Part shown: positions 1 through 13,193 of the stretch, piece by piece
How the letters are laid out: each line of letters starts with the position of its first letter
Position numbering within the stretch: position 1 is the stretch's first letter
Source: Octopus sinensis
Lineage: Eukaryota
Direction of reading: 5' to 3'
NCBI RefSeq assembly: GCF_006345805.1
Contig: NC_042998.1
Location: forward strand, 49,848,001-49,912,000
Length of the DNA: 64,000 bases
Notes under the pieces: generated by a model
What the model was told of the DNA's origin: nothing
The model's input: only the letters and a program-made list of their open reading frames with translations
The model's database searches: none
Made by a program: the position numbers and the translations under genes

Positions 1-801
1 AATAATAACTAATTACGATGACAGCAACAACTACAACTACGATGACGATAATATCAAGAGTAAAAAACAGAAAGTGCTATTTTCCTGGTATTTCTTCAGT
101 AGCACCTCTGATAACATTGCGTCATGTGTTATGTATTTTGGAAAGAAACACAAAAAATATCAAGAGATGCTCATCAATTTTCCACTATCTTTTTCCCAAT
201 AAATTAGCAATAAAGGTGTGGGCAAACCTTAACTTTATTATAGTTGCAGGTTAGGAAAAAAAAAAACTCAATAATCTTGGATAACGTGAGAATATAAATG
301 AAAATAATGATACTTAGCGGTAAAGACAGGGGAAGAGGAGAAACTGTAATGAGATATGAGCGCTATCTGATGGATCTGATATATGTTTTGATAAGGAAAA
401 TTTTTTAAAATATATTTTTTACATATATATATTCATACCGTTGTTTTTAACGTTGAACATTCATTTTGTGTAAATGTTAATTTAATTTTAATCCAGCTAA
501 AGGAGACAATTTTTTTCGAAAAAATGTTCATGCTCAAACACACACACATACTCACGCTCTCATACACACACACAGTCGCATACATTAATATGAAATACAC
601 ATGTATATGTGTGTGTGTGTGTGTGTGTGTTTGTATGTGCGTGTGTGCATGCGCGCGCGTGTATGATATAATCTCATGCGCGTATAACCAGAAAACATAT
701 ATGTACATAATTATGTACGCGTATGTCTATACGTATGCTTATAAATGTATGTAGTTGAATATGCGTATATGTGTTTGTGTACGTGTGTGTGTGCAAACAT
801 A

Positions 802-2052
802 TCAGGTCATCTCATAAGTTCTGTCCGAATTTTAAATAAAGAAAACAAGCGATCAAATGTTATATTTAATTGAAATTTAATCATCAATATATTTTCCCTG
901 ATTATCTATGACATCCACCTATCTGTTTACAAGCTTTTTAATCCCATCAGTGTAAAACTCTTTTGGTTTCAAAGCGAAGAACTCTGAAATATCAGTTTCG
1001 ACCTCCTCCTGGCTTGCGAAAGTTATATCCCTCAAATGATTCTGTAAACTACAAAACAAATGGTAGTCTGAAGGGGTAAGGTGGATGAGGAATGTTTTCC
1101 CCAACAAAGCTCTTCGATCTTCTGTAATGAGATCTTTGCAGTGTGGAGTCGAGCATTGTCCTGATGAAACATCACTCTTTTTCGATTCACTAAAGCGGGA
1201 TTTTTTTTCTTCAAAGCTTGGTTCAAACGCTCTAATTGCTGACAGTAGACATGAGCATTGATTGTTGCATTAGGTGGTAACAATTCGAAGTTAATTACTC
1301 CTTTGCAATCCCACCAGATAGAGAGAACCTTTTTTCCCCTGAAGTTCCCTTCTCGGTTGTGGTTGAGCTTTTTCCCTTTTACTAAGCCACTGTTTACGAC
1401 ATTTAACATTTCGCTAGAAATCCATCTTTCGTCACCGGTCACAAGTCTATCCAAAAAGGTGAAATGAGTTCGTGAGAATGGAGAGAAGAGCAGATGTTAA
1501 CTCAAGATTTGCGGTTGCTTTCAGACAATTCATGAGGCATCCATTTTCCAAGTTGAAGATGACGATGAACGGTTGTATGGTTTGAACTAAGCTTTATTGC
1601 CAATTCTTCAACTGATAATGCAGGATTTTCTTCAAGTAATGCCTCAACGAGCTTATCATCAAACCTAACTGGACGTCCTATTCGATCTTCATCTTCAAGG
1701 CTGAAATCTCCACTTCTGAATTTTGCAAACCATCTTCTGCAAGTTCTTTTATTCAAGTATTCTTTCCCGTAAACTGAGTGTATATTTAGAGTCGTTTCGG
1801 CTGCAGAGTTTCCTTTTCTGTACTCATAAAGCATTATGTGCTTTAAATGCTCTTTGGATACTTCCATGTTAGAAAGGGTTTTAATCAAATAAATTTTAAT
1901 TCTATTATTCTGTAAAATAATATTTAATTAGTTTAAACGTACACAAATGCATAAAAATGATTTTTAATTCCATTAGACATTCTAAAATACCATTAAATTT
2001 CATTCAATTTTAAAAAAAGGTAAAATCGGACAGAACTTAGGGGATGACCTAA
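802..2052 (-). mobile_element. Tc1/mariner DNA transposon, full length (~1.25 kb), inactive
   Basis: About 31-bp imperfect TIRs (802 TCAGGTCATCTCATAAGTTCTGTCCGAATTTT; 2022-2052 revcomp TTAGGTCATCCCCTAAGTTCTGTCCGATTTT), TA on both flanks (800-801, 2053-2054), transposase inside. Confidence 0.95.
919..1888 (-). pseudogene. mariner transposase, frameshifted into three ORF pieces
   Basis: HTH region (RTCRRWFAKFRSGDFSLED), WMPHEL (WVPHEL motif), TGDERWI, WWDCKG, HQDNAR, TPSDYHLF (YSPDLAPSDY-like) across ORFs 1502-1888, 1032-1454, 919-1107. Confidence 0.93.
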
Positions 2053-2357
2053 TATATACATACATTCATACATATATGCTTATATAGATTGTATGGTGTT
2101 ATTACAAAGCTCCATTAACATCCCTAGTGGAGTAGTTTTAAGTTGACAATCCTTGCTAGCACAATTTTTTGGCATTCAGTGGACCTCATTGTCCATTTGG
2201 CATTCAGTCTACCTCATTGTTCGTTTGACAAAGAGCAAATGGATGCGATATCTTCTCATGATGTAGCAATGTCTACTTTGTGAATGAAACACAGAGGCTG
2301 CACAAGCACATGCAAAGAAAAATGGATAGCCGGTTAGAATATGAAAAGTAGACTAGG

Positions 2358-2555
2358 TATTGGTTTCAAATTTTGGTATAAGGCCAGCAGTTTAGAGGGA
2401 GAGGCTAAGTCGACTCCTGTGCTCTGCTGGTACTTATTTTATCAACCCCGAAAGGCAACATCGACCTCAGCGAAATTTGAACTCAGATCATAAAGATGGA
2501 CGAAATGTTAAACATTTTGCACGGTGTGCTAACGATTCTCCCAGCTTGCTGCCTT
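2358..2555 (-). mobile_element. tRNA-derived SINE family A, degenerate copy
   Basis: Matches the family A consensus seen many times in the window (AAGGCGGCGAGCTGGCAGAA head, GAGTTCAAATT B-box, CCTTTCGGGGTCGATAAA body). Confidence 0.8.
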
Positions 2556-3479
2556 AGGTAGGTTAGATATTGTAAAGTAACAAATTCGTTCTATTGAAGA
2601 AAGCTCGGCGAACATAGCTTTGAAAGACTAATAAGTGGATAGCATGAGCTAGAGTTGACGAACGGAAACTATCATGGAGAATGTTATTGACAATAGGTCT
2701 ATGAAATTTCGGTTGCGATTCCTCTTCGGAATTGTGTACAGCGTGCTTCCGTCTTTAAACACTGAGGCTTGAGAGTTAGTCATGATAAAGCAGCATCAAA
2801 AGAATGGGAATCAATGCAAAATTGAAACTTGTTTGCCAGACGAAGAATGAACAGGAATTTATGTAGAAGATAAACAAATGAAAGGCGGGGCCAGTGTTCT
2901 GAACACATTCTCATAACCATAACATGTACGTTACATACACATAGACGGATATGCCTTACAAACTCAATTAGAAGATTCTATGCATACATGCATGTTCAAA
3001 AGGAAACACAAAATCTAAACCCATGCAAGGATATAGTTCGGTAGATACATTCCTACACGGACACATAATCGCAGACAAACACAGATACAAAGAAATATAA
3101 TTGATTTCATTTATTTGCAATATTCATCAACAGAGCTGAAATTAATGAACATACGCACATACACACATACACATACACAAAATAGAATAAACAGGACAAG
3201 AGGAGGCACTTGGGACAGAGAGTCACTGATGAGGTCACAGAATATATGTTTATGCTTTTATACAATATCTCCTTTGTTTCTACAATCTTGCGATATGATA
3301 TCTCAGAAGATTAGCACATAACAATATAAAGAGTTCGGCACTGACAGTTGTGATTAAAAATATTTTCAAAAGTCTAATCAGATTGCATCTGAATTGGGGA
3401 AATATGGTTCATCTCAGTTTTGCCGATTAAATTTCACTGAAGGTATTAGTATAGCACTAATGTCTCTGTCTCAGTGACA

Positions 3480-4620
3480 TTAATGACTTAAGCTGTCGGT
3501 TTTCAGTTGGTCTGGGGTCTTGAAAGCAATCATTTTAGTTATGTGCTGTGATAAGCTAATTGTAATTGTATTTCGTCATTTGCTAGAATATCCTAGAGGA
3601 TAGACGTGTTTTGTGATTGAGTTGTTGTAGTTGTGTTGTTGTCTTATAGTTCTTGGGTTGTTGGGGGCAGTAATCAATAACTATCATTGTGAGTTGCGAC
3701 TGACTAGTTTGTGGTTGTATGTTGTATGCTAGTGGAAAAGGCAGTTACTATAGTTATGTATTGTGTTATGATTGACTTGTAGCAGTTGTGTGCTGGTACG
3801 TGGTGGAATATCAGAGAGCCAATCACTATAACTATGCATTGTGATCGACCTGCATATTGTCAGTCGATAAGCAATCACTTCAGTTGAGTTGCTAGCTCTT
3901 GTATTGAGACAAACGTCTTAATTACTTATAGTTTGTAACTGACAGTTACTCCGGTAGTACACTGCATGTTTCTATTTACTGTATTATCGTGCAGACAATC
4001 TATTTCGTTGAGCATTGTCTTAGAGTCAATCATTGTAGAATTGTGTTGTCACTTGCTGTATTGTTTTAGAGATACTCAAACTAGTGTATTGTCAGAGAAT
4101 CATTTAAACTTGTGAGAAGTCAGCTGCGGTATTGTTAGACAATATGGTTGCGTATAGCGCTTGAGTCTATCACTATACTACAAAGTTGTCAGTTACTGTA
4201 TTATATATAAAAAGCCATCATTCTTGTATAGACTTGTATTCTCATTTATTATAGTGTTATTCAGTGTTTTTTTTTACAGGGAAATTGTGAGTATTGAAAA
4301 TGGGTGGATAATGCCATCGTTAACAAAAAGAGATGGTTTTAAATATTTTATACCTGTCCAAAACCATAGCAAAGATTGACAAACTATAACGATGCGAATT
4401 TTACTTTGCTTTAACATTATCAAATAGGCGGAGAAAGGCACAAAATTCTTTTCGGGTTTTGGTTTTATCAGTTTGAGAATTACAGTCGTTGAAGGCAATC
4501 AATCCAGTTGTGTGTTGCCGTTTACGGTGCTGTCATAGAGTTAAATACTCTGGTTGATTACTCTTGTTTAAAGGCAATCACTCTAGATTGCATTAGCAAC
4601 TACCTTACACATCTGATGAA
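3480..4620. repeat. cryptic, highly degenerate tandem/dispersed repeat
   Basis: Recurring (A/G)AGNCAATCA(C/T)T..AG..GT(G)TTG motif near 3524, 3816, 3869, 4023, 4095, 4161, 4491, 4570. Confidence 0.45.
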
Positions 4621-6060
4621 AACTACTCTGGCACAGCTGAACGTTGCTATTAATTACACATCTAATCTGGCAAACTAGCATAGATATGAGTGTTGCTGAC
4701 CGGTACAGTTTAGTGCTATACAAACAAGTATAGTATCTCTAAGTCTTCAAGTCTGAGCATTGCTCACCACCATTCTTTTATGCTTCCTGTGTAATTCAGT
4801 TCACTATGGCGTAGTGGATTATTTCTTCGACCTGGCAATTTCGTTGGCGTGTGTATGCATCAATATTTGGTTTTTGTATAGTTTAAAATAGAATGATTTG
4901 GTGATCCTGATTGGCTTTCAAATTTGAAAGGTTAAGCATAGCAATAGTTTCAGCAAAATTGTAGCTTGTGAAATAGGAAATTTTCATAGCATTATGTTTA
5001 AGTAGTTTACATTCAGGAGAGAGATGCTTGTTCAAGAGTTCACAGAAAAGCTTGACTTTAAGAGCAAGACCTTAGAGACCAAGGGATGAATTATAAACAG
5101 CGGTGCTTCTCTCTGTACATAGCGACTGATGAACGTATATTCACATTAGTTCTTCAGAGAAGTGCTTTCATTTTGCATTTGTACATTAGCAAATAAAATC
5201 TTAAAGATATTTTTGTTATTGAATTGTAATAATGCTTTCAAAATCGTTCGAAAATTTACGAATGTAGTGTTGCTTGTCACTTGTCTTTCTGGGGGGTTTT
5301 TTATTTTGAACTACCTAAATATAATGTGACACCAAAAAAAATTTATTAGTTGTAAATGGGCTTCAAAAGTTATAGGAAATTATAGTTTTAATTCATGAAG
5401 TTTTTTTTTACGGAAGTTATTAATTATTTGTAGCTTAAAGGTTATAAGTAATAGCGAGCTATGATTACTTGGTGGTAATTATCTATTAATTTGTTGAGAT
5501 TTACCTTTCATTGACACCCAACAAACATCGCTTATTGTTTGCATATGTTTATATGTCCTGTTTTTAACATTCTATAAAGTTAAAAGACCAGCCTTTGGCG
5601 AAACTTCGCGGTAACAGTCAACATTCCGAGAGCAAGTGTTTGAATTTATATCTTCTGTTGAGTTCTTTCTCCAATAAATGCTTGTTGCTTTTAAAAACAA
5701 AAAAACAACAAAAAACAAAACAATCTAATTGTCTGCTTGTCCGTCGGTATGTCTGTCTGCGTGTCTATGTGGATATTTGTGTATGTATATGTGCCTGGGT
5801 GCATGTGAAAGACTTGTACAAATGGACAAGCATTGATAGATTCAACTCGTTCCAAAATCGATTTTGCCCCTACTTTTTAGGAACCACTAAACTAAATACG
5901 AAGATTGCTGGTGTCTACAAAATTTATCTTTCGAGACGGTGGTTTACTCTGCTTGCAGCGTTATCTAATAAAAGAACAATAGAGTATAATAAAAATTTCA
6001 ATAACTATCGCAGGTAGTTTAGTATATTTAATATATATACATACATATATATATATATAT

Positions 6061-6092
<32 letters not shown>

Positions 6093-6433
6093 ATACGTAT
6101 ATCTAATACATATATATACGCATATATACATATATATATATATATATAACGCATATATATATAAAAATTTAAAATAATAAGGGTGAAAAATTGAATATTA
6201 ATTTGATTAATATCAATTTAAAACCAATGGTCTAGCATATTGAAAAATCTGAAGATTCAGAAAAATTATATTACATACATATAAAAATGATGGCCACTAA
6301 GTGGACATCCATTATGCTAGAAGTAGACCCCCCCATGGTCTTACCACTAAGAAAGGATTGTTCTCCTGAAAATTTAGCAAACGCCAGAACGTAAGCGAGC
6401 AAGACAAATGAAAAGATACAAAATATAAAGATT

Positions 6434-6507
6434 AATCACAAATACGATTTCGTTGTTACCACTTACGTAATTACTTACGTAATTGTCCGCAACTCATCAG
6501 TGTGATC
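6434..6507 (-). ncRNA. type I hammerhead ribozyme motif, catalytic core intact
   Basis: Minus strand: GATCACA-CTGATGA-GTTG(34-nt loop)CAAC-GAA-A-TCGTA-T-T-TGTGATT. Stem I 7 bp with one G-U, stem II 4 bp, minimal stem III. Confidence 0.7.
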
Positions 6508-6886
6508 GTCATAGCAATATATAATTTGAAGAACTATACCTGGGTTTGTGATTAATTTCCAGAACTATACCCGGGTTTGTATAGCGTGCTGAAACAAATA
6601 ATATTATGACTACAATTTTGTCAGGTTTGGTTTTGGGTATAACATTTTTTTTTCATTATAATGTAACCATTTTCGATTATAATTTTTTTTACCAATTGCT
6701 TCTGTTATGTATGTGGTGTTAGTGTCCATTAAAATAATAATACTGACAAAATACGAACAATAACTGGAAAGCATTTTGGGTTTTATTACTATAAATGATC
6801 TTTACGTTCAGTTTTCTATATGGTTTATGTTTATACATGTTGAGCTATAGAGTAATGTCTGTTATGTTTGTTGTTATAGTAATATT

Positions 6887-7089
6887 GATTTCAAATTTTG
6901 AAACAAGGTCAGCCATTTCGGGGGAGAGGATAAACCCCAGTGTTCAACTGGTATTTATTTAATCGACCCCGAAAAGATAAAATGTAACGGCGACCTTCAG
7001 CGAAATTTGAACTCAGAACGTGGTGACAGACGAAATGCCGCTAAGCATTTTTCCCGGCGTGCTAACGATTCTGCCAGCTCTTCGCCTTA
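6887..7089 (-). mobile_element. SINE family A with 18-bp target-site duplication
   Basis: Family A consensus, flanked by TGTTGTTATAGTAATATT at 6869-6886 and 7090-7107. Confidence 0.9.
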
Positions 7090-7115
7090 TGTTGTTATAG
7101 TAATATTACGTTAGT

Positions 7116-7345
7116 TAAGGTGGTGAGCTGGCAGTATCGTTAGGACGTCGGAAAAAAATACTTAGCGGCGTTTCGTCTGTCTCCAAGTTCTGAGTTCAAA
7201 TTCCGCCGAGGTCAGCTTTGCTTTTCATCCTTACGGGGTTGATAAAATAAATGTCGGTTGAACACTGGGGGTCGATTTAATCAACTTAGTCTCTTCCCCC
7301 CAAAACCTGTTGGCCTTGTATTAAAATTTGAAACAAGTATTAAAT
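7116..7345 (+). mobile_element. SINE family A, head-to-head with the preceding copy
   Basis: AAGGTGGTGAGCTGGCAG head, GAGTTCAAATTCC B-box, tail ...GGCCTTGT...AAATTTGAAAC. Confidence 0.88.
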
Positions 7346-7619
7346 CTGGTTCATAAAAAACAGTACTTAGATATTTTATATTTTTATCTAGATTATGCAC
7401 TTTAGAATTAGTTACATCATTCCCACTGTACAAGGCTAAGTTTACGTTGTAACATTGAGCCATTTGCTTATCTAGGATGATTAATAAAATAAATCGTGGA
7501 CCACACCAAAGCAGCGCAATGTAATGTCAACTAAATCATTTGTGTCTTTTGCACATACAGTGTCTCTGTCTAAACGCAGTAATTTTCTAGTGAGAATGAT
7601 TATATCGGAGTCACTGCTA

Positions 7620-8050
7620 TCATTATCGCATTGCGTAATTAAAAATTTCAAAGCTTGGTGAGGATGGGCTGAGACAATATCGGACAGAATTCAATAAACT
7701 CGTACTTGGTGATTTGCATCGATTATTTTTCACTAATATTTCTAAACCAAATAAATACGTCGCTGGAGCAGCGCCATTGTAGCAGTCCAGTAGGATTTTT
7801 AATTGTATCGTTAATGTGGTTTAGTGTGTGCTTACTGATCTTCTCAAGCCGAATCGTAGCAGAAATTATTATCCTTCACTCTCGATTTCTAGTAAAGGTA
7901 TCTTGAAGATAATTGTGGGTGATATATGATGCACGTTGATTAAAACCTGCTCATCATTATCTCGTATAATTTCTTCATCTCTTTCATTGCTTTTGAGTTT
8001 TAATTTTATGGTATTTCAAATGGTAATTGCGTTTTTATAATTTAGCTCAT
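7620..8050 (-). pseudogene. Penelope-like element RT fragment (Naiad-like), degenerate
   Basis: Translation LEKISKHTLNHIN...LLQWRCSSDVFIWFRNISEK*...YEFIEFCPILSQPILTK resembles the ISK..L..IN / QW....V..WF / FDI.EFYPSI block of PLE RTs; in-frame stops. Confidence 0.55.
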
Positions 8051-8111
8051 CAAAAGTCAATTTGAAATATTAAATGATTGCATCTTGGTATATATATATA
8101 TTATTATTTTA

Positions 8112-8337
8112 TTTGTTTCAGTCATTTGACTGCGGCCATGCTGGAGAATCGCCTTTAGTTGAGCAAATCGATACCAGGACTTATTCTTTGTAAGCCTAGT
8201 ATTTATTCTATTGGTCTCTCTTGCCGAACCGCTAAGTGACGGGGACGTTAACACCAGCATCGGTTGTCAAGCAATGTTGGGGGGACAAACACAGACACAC
8301 AAACATATACATATACATATACATACATACATACATG

Positions 8338-8401
<64 letters not shown>

Positions 8402-8470
8402 TATATAAACTGAAAGAAGCCTGTCGTGTATATATATGTATATATGTATATATATATACACACACACACC

Positions 8471-8526
<56 letters not shown>

Positions 8527-8711
8527 ATATGTATATATATATACATATATATACACGACAGGCTTCGTTCAGTTTCCGTCTACCAAATCCATTCACAAGG
8601 CTTTGGTCGGACCGAGGCTATAGTAGAAACACTTGCCCAAGGTGCCACGCAATGGGACTGAACCCGGAACCATGTGGTTAGTAAGCAAGCTACTTACCAC
8701 ACAGCCACTCC
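8112..8711 (-). mobile_element. SINE family B (tRNA head, internal microsatellite, GTAAAAGA tail)
   Basis: Same architecture as the copies at 13627, 46210, 49990 and 60150; head GGAGTGGCTGTGTGGTAAG...GGTTCAGTCCC. Confidence 0.92.
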
Positions 8712-8789
8712 CGGGTCACATACGTGGAAGTACTCACGCATGTCTAATAGGTATATGACGTAAGTCTACTTGAAATCCTTTTTCTATAT

Positions 8790-9440
8790 TATTTGTAATC
8801 AACTTGCGGGTGCAAGTTTAGGCCTATGGAGTCATCAGAAGAGAATGCGTGCCGTTTTGGGGCGCATTCCGCCAGACAGCTTTATTGCGCGCCGGACCGC
8901 TCACTAAGATGAGGCCCAGCTGGTTAGATCAAATGGTTTCTAGACTTCATTCAATATTCTTTCAGCCATTGCTCATCGTCTCTTTTTAACCAAATACATC
9001 GGTGTGCCTTCTCCACTTAGCCTGGATGTCACTCATCACGCTATTTGCTTTATTATGAGTTAGGCCTAGCGGCAGCAACAATTATGTATATTCAGCTTCG
9101 ATTGGGTAATGCCTTGCTTTCCAGTCAACGTCATGACATTCCTTGAGGAGGTGTTTATAACGGTCGATCTTTCGAGCCCGTGCGGAGTCTATGCCATCTT
9201 CATGAGGAACCGTTAGCTCGACCAGATTTAATACTTACTTTCTCTAACAATATATAATAACCTCTGGTTTCATCGTAAATGGAATGGAGAAGAATCGTTG
9301 CCACCCTGGTAAATCTGCAGCCACCCCTCAAAAGCCGTTCCCCATTACATCGTTTACAGGAAGGTGCAACTTCTAGATGGAGTACCAACGTTTCCATGTG
9401 GCATGCTTGATAATAGTCGAGTGATTTCCATCCCATGAAA
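8790..9440 (-). mobile_element. RLE non-LTR retrotransposon 3' fragment (HERO-like)
   Basis: Translation LVELTVPHED...RKIDRY..LL.EC....WKA.HYPIE ... EKAHRCIWLKRDDEQW; homologous to 22509-23120. Confidence 0.78.
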
Positions 9441-9556
9441 CCATTGGTAGCCTTGTTAACTTAAAAATAGAAAAATGTAAGTACACATATTGTGCATACC
9501 CATTGCATTACGTCATTAGATGCAACTCTTCTGAGCTCTCTCTCTCCTCTCTCTCT

Positions 9557-9603
<47 letters not shown>

Positions 9604-10179
9604 CAGGGTGACAGCGTCAAGCAATGATGTGCATAAATTCAAAGTTATTACCAGTTCAAATATGCTCGAGGCATATTCGAATTCGTAAGAAAGCATTTCA
9701 TTACGTTTTGTCAATGGAGAAAATTTCTCGCTGTAGACAAATGTGTATAAATACACCAAATCAGCTGAGATCGACACCTAATCAGACTTTTGGGATGCAT
9801 GCATTTCGGAGTGATTATCTCTTCTTCAGCTACAGAACCCGGACAGCGGGCGTTGCGAAGCATTACGCGTTCATCAAGAACTCAATGATGATACAGAAAA
9901 TCTGCTTGGAAGGAGTGCCAGTATAGAGTGATATCTACCAACACGTGCAATTTATCAAGATATGTCAGTTAATAAAATACTCCAGCGCTCTTCGGCATTA
10001 CTTTCGGTACAACTCTCGTAATTATTCTGAACATAATGAGATTAAATGTGAGAGTTGGCTTATTTCTAGGTTTAGTTTCACATTGCTATCACATTCTTCA
10101 TAAACTATGCTACATTTTTCTCCTATATTTTTATTTATGCTTAACAAAGTATCTCACTGGAAGTATATACATAATGTAT

Positions 10180-10859
10180 ACATACTCACGCATACAAACA
10201 CGCATGCATACATACATATATACACACATACATATACATGTCTGTGTGTGCGTGTTTGTGTGTGTGTGTGGGGGGGTGATGTGAGGCATTTAAGCAATCA
10301 ATAGAGTTGTAAGCTTTCTCTAAATGTTTTACATTTAAATTTCTGTAGTGACATAAACATGATTGAACGCCAGAAACATGTGATCTAAAATGTTGTTTAA
10401 ACAGTATTTTCACTTTGTTTGCGACAGAAGCTTACTTACATGTTTCCAAGGAAACTTAATAAAATTTTAACAATGTGCATTTATTCACACACACGAACAC
10501 ACACACACATACACGCAATTATATGTATGCGTATTTGACTGTGTGTGGCGTGTATAGACGCGCATCTGTGTGATTGCTCGCGTACATGTGCGCTTGTATG
10601 TATATGTGGGAACGCGTGTTTGTCTGTCTGTGCACTTGTGTGCGAAAGCGTATACACATTTAAAAGAGTTTTATATGTTTTCTGAAAAATGCTTTATATT
10701 TATGATTTGTAAAGGACTCCCTACAACCTACACATGACTGTGCAGTCACAACGGACACACAGACACATACACAAACACACAGAACCGCGCGCGCATATCC
10801 GTGCGGAAACGTATGCATACTCTTGTGTGTATATGTATGTCTGCAACTATAAATAAGTG

Positions 10860-10895
<36 letters not shown>

Positions 10896-11490
10896 TGCAT
10901 GCATGTATACACACAAACACACATGCATATGTATGTATGCATATATCTATTACGTATCTACCTAAAGGCATACATCTCTCTATACAGACATGAAATATAT
11001 ATAGATGTGTATATAAATGAGTATGAGTGTATGTGCACATACCCCAAAACACGCTCACACGCATACATATGCCTCTATATGTGTATGGCATACATGTATA
11101 TATTTATACCTACCTTCCTACCTACCTAATTAATTACATACATATACACACAGACATACATACATGCATACATACATACATACATACACACATGCAGACA
11201 TGCATACATACATACATACATACATACATACATACATACATACATAGATCTTGAAATAGAACAGAATAATTACACACATGCATACATATATACACGCATA
11301 GATATATACATAAAAACACACAAATATGCATACATACATGCATACATACATACATACATACATACATACATACATACATGCATACATACGTACATACATA
11401 CATACACACATACATACACACATACATACACACACATACATACACACATAGACAAATACACACACGCATAAACACACATACATACATGTA
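10180..11490. repeat. compound (CA)n/(TA)n/(TACA)n microsatellite field
   Basis: Direct inspection; source of many spurious ORFs. Confidence 0.95.
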
Positions 11491-12087
11491 TTGATTTATT
11501 TACATTAATCTTGTTTGTTAGGAAAGAATGGAAAGAAAGCATTGTAGGTAAATCCAATTAAAGTGAACATGAAATATCACCTGTTCGTTGTCCTTACATG
11601 ATGCATGATATTTTTAAGGGTTCCTATTTTTCTCTTATTGCATGTCTTAGTGTTAATGTTTATAGCATTAGACTTACGTTATTTTTTTCCCGCAGATACA
11701 GCAGTTCTTTAGGGAATTTTAGATTTGACAAAGCATGCTAAAGAAACCAATTGTTAATACTAAACTGTGAGTATTAAAGCAGAATTGTATATAAAATAAC
11801 ATTCAGCCGCATCATTTCACTGTTTTCAGCTCAGCCATTCGACGTTGGTCATTCTGGAGCACGACGTGCAAGTTTAAATGAAAAAAAAATGTTAAATTCA
11901 TTATGTATGTATGTATGTATGTATGTATGTATGTATGTATGTATGTATGTATGTATCTATCTATCTATCTATCTATCTATATAAAAATACAGTGTACATT
12001 TAAACACATAAAAGATGGCCATAACAGGATATCTGACTCGCTAGAAATAGTAGTATATATATATATACTAGTCGCCATGATAGATCG

Positions 12088-12124
<37 letters not shown>

Positions 12125-12185
12125 AGTCGCCATGATAGATCGTTAGCCACTACACACATTTTCTCTCTCCTTGTTTTTTCTGTCC

Positions 12186-12221
12186 CTTTCTGTAGAAGAG
12201 CTCAGGCTTGAAACGTAAAAG
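12186..12221 (+). ncRNA. minimal type I hammerhead motif with one core substitution (A6U)
   Basis: CTTT-CTGTAGA-A-GAGC-TCAG-GCTT-GAA-ACGT-A-AAAG; palindromic ACGT stem III typical of dimer-type minimal hammerheads. Confidence 0.55.
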
Positions 12222-12310
12222 ACTTTTTTCTATTCCTGAGCGTTATACTAATACATCTGTTTGTTTTGTACACCACTTGTCTTCGTCTTTTTTTTTTCGT
12301 AAACTCTCCC

Positions 12311-12375
<65 letters not shown>

Positions 12376-12479
12376 GATAGACAAATAGACAGAGAGAAAG
12401 AGAGAGAAATACGGAAAGTATCAAACAGATAATAATTTCCCTATGTTGACGAGTGTACTATATAGAGACGACACACTAT

Positions 12480-12830
12480 TTTTACGCAAAATAGCAACTT
12501 CCAATCCACAGACAAATTTAGGATGTTTTTAAATTTTCTTTAAAAATCTAGGATTTTCAATGCATATAGACATAAACCTCAAAATATAAAGTTCGTTGAT
12601 GTTACATTTAGTCTAGAAAACTAAGCTACATGAAACCAAGTAAAAACTTATGTACATCAATCATTCGTTTAACCACCGAAGGTTTGTAATCAAGAACTGG
12701 TGAGGAAAATTTCACGAAGACTATCAAGATTTTTCCTGCAAGGAAAATATGTCCAATAATACTGTTCAAGCATACAACGAAAATCTCATTAAAAGGAAAT
12801 CAAGTTTATTCTGGACATATAAGAAAAAAA
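12480..12830 (+). pseudogene. Penelope-like RT/thumb fragment, highly degenerate
   Basis: Frameshifted pieces KNLGF...FVDVTFSL, YINHSFNH, ISRRLS correspond to the LDVTF.L / YI...SNHP / I..RLS motifs of PLE RTs. Confidence 0.5.
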
Positions 12831-13146
12831 AAATCTAACAAATGACCAGCCTTCAAATGACCAGCCTTCAAGCTGTAAGTTACCGAAATATTCCTTAGTC
12901 TCCAATACAATTTAACACCGATATAATACCACAAATTTTTTAATAGGAATCCCCGTTAAATTATATTCATATATCATTAACAGATATCAGGTGGTGTGGG
13001 CACATGTTTATGTATGTATGTATGTATGTATGTATGTATGTATGTATGTATGTATGTATGTATGTATGTATGTATGTATGTATGTGTGTATGTATGTATG
13101 TATTATGTATGTATTATGTATGTATGTACGTACGTATGTATGTACG

Positions 13147-13193
<47 letters not shown>

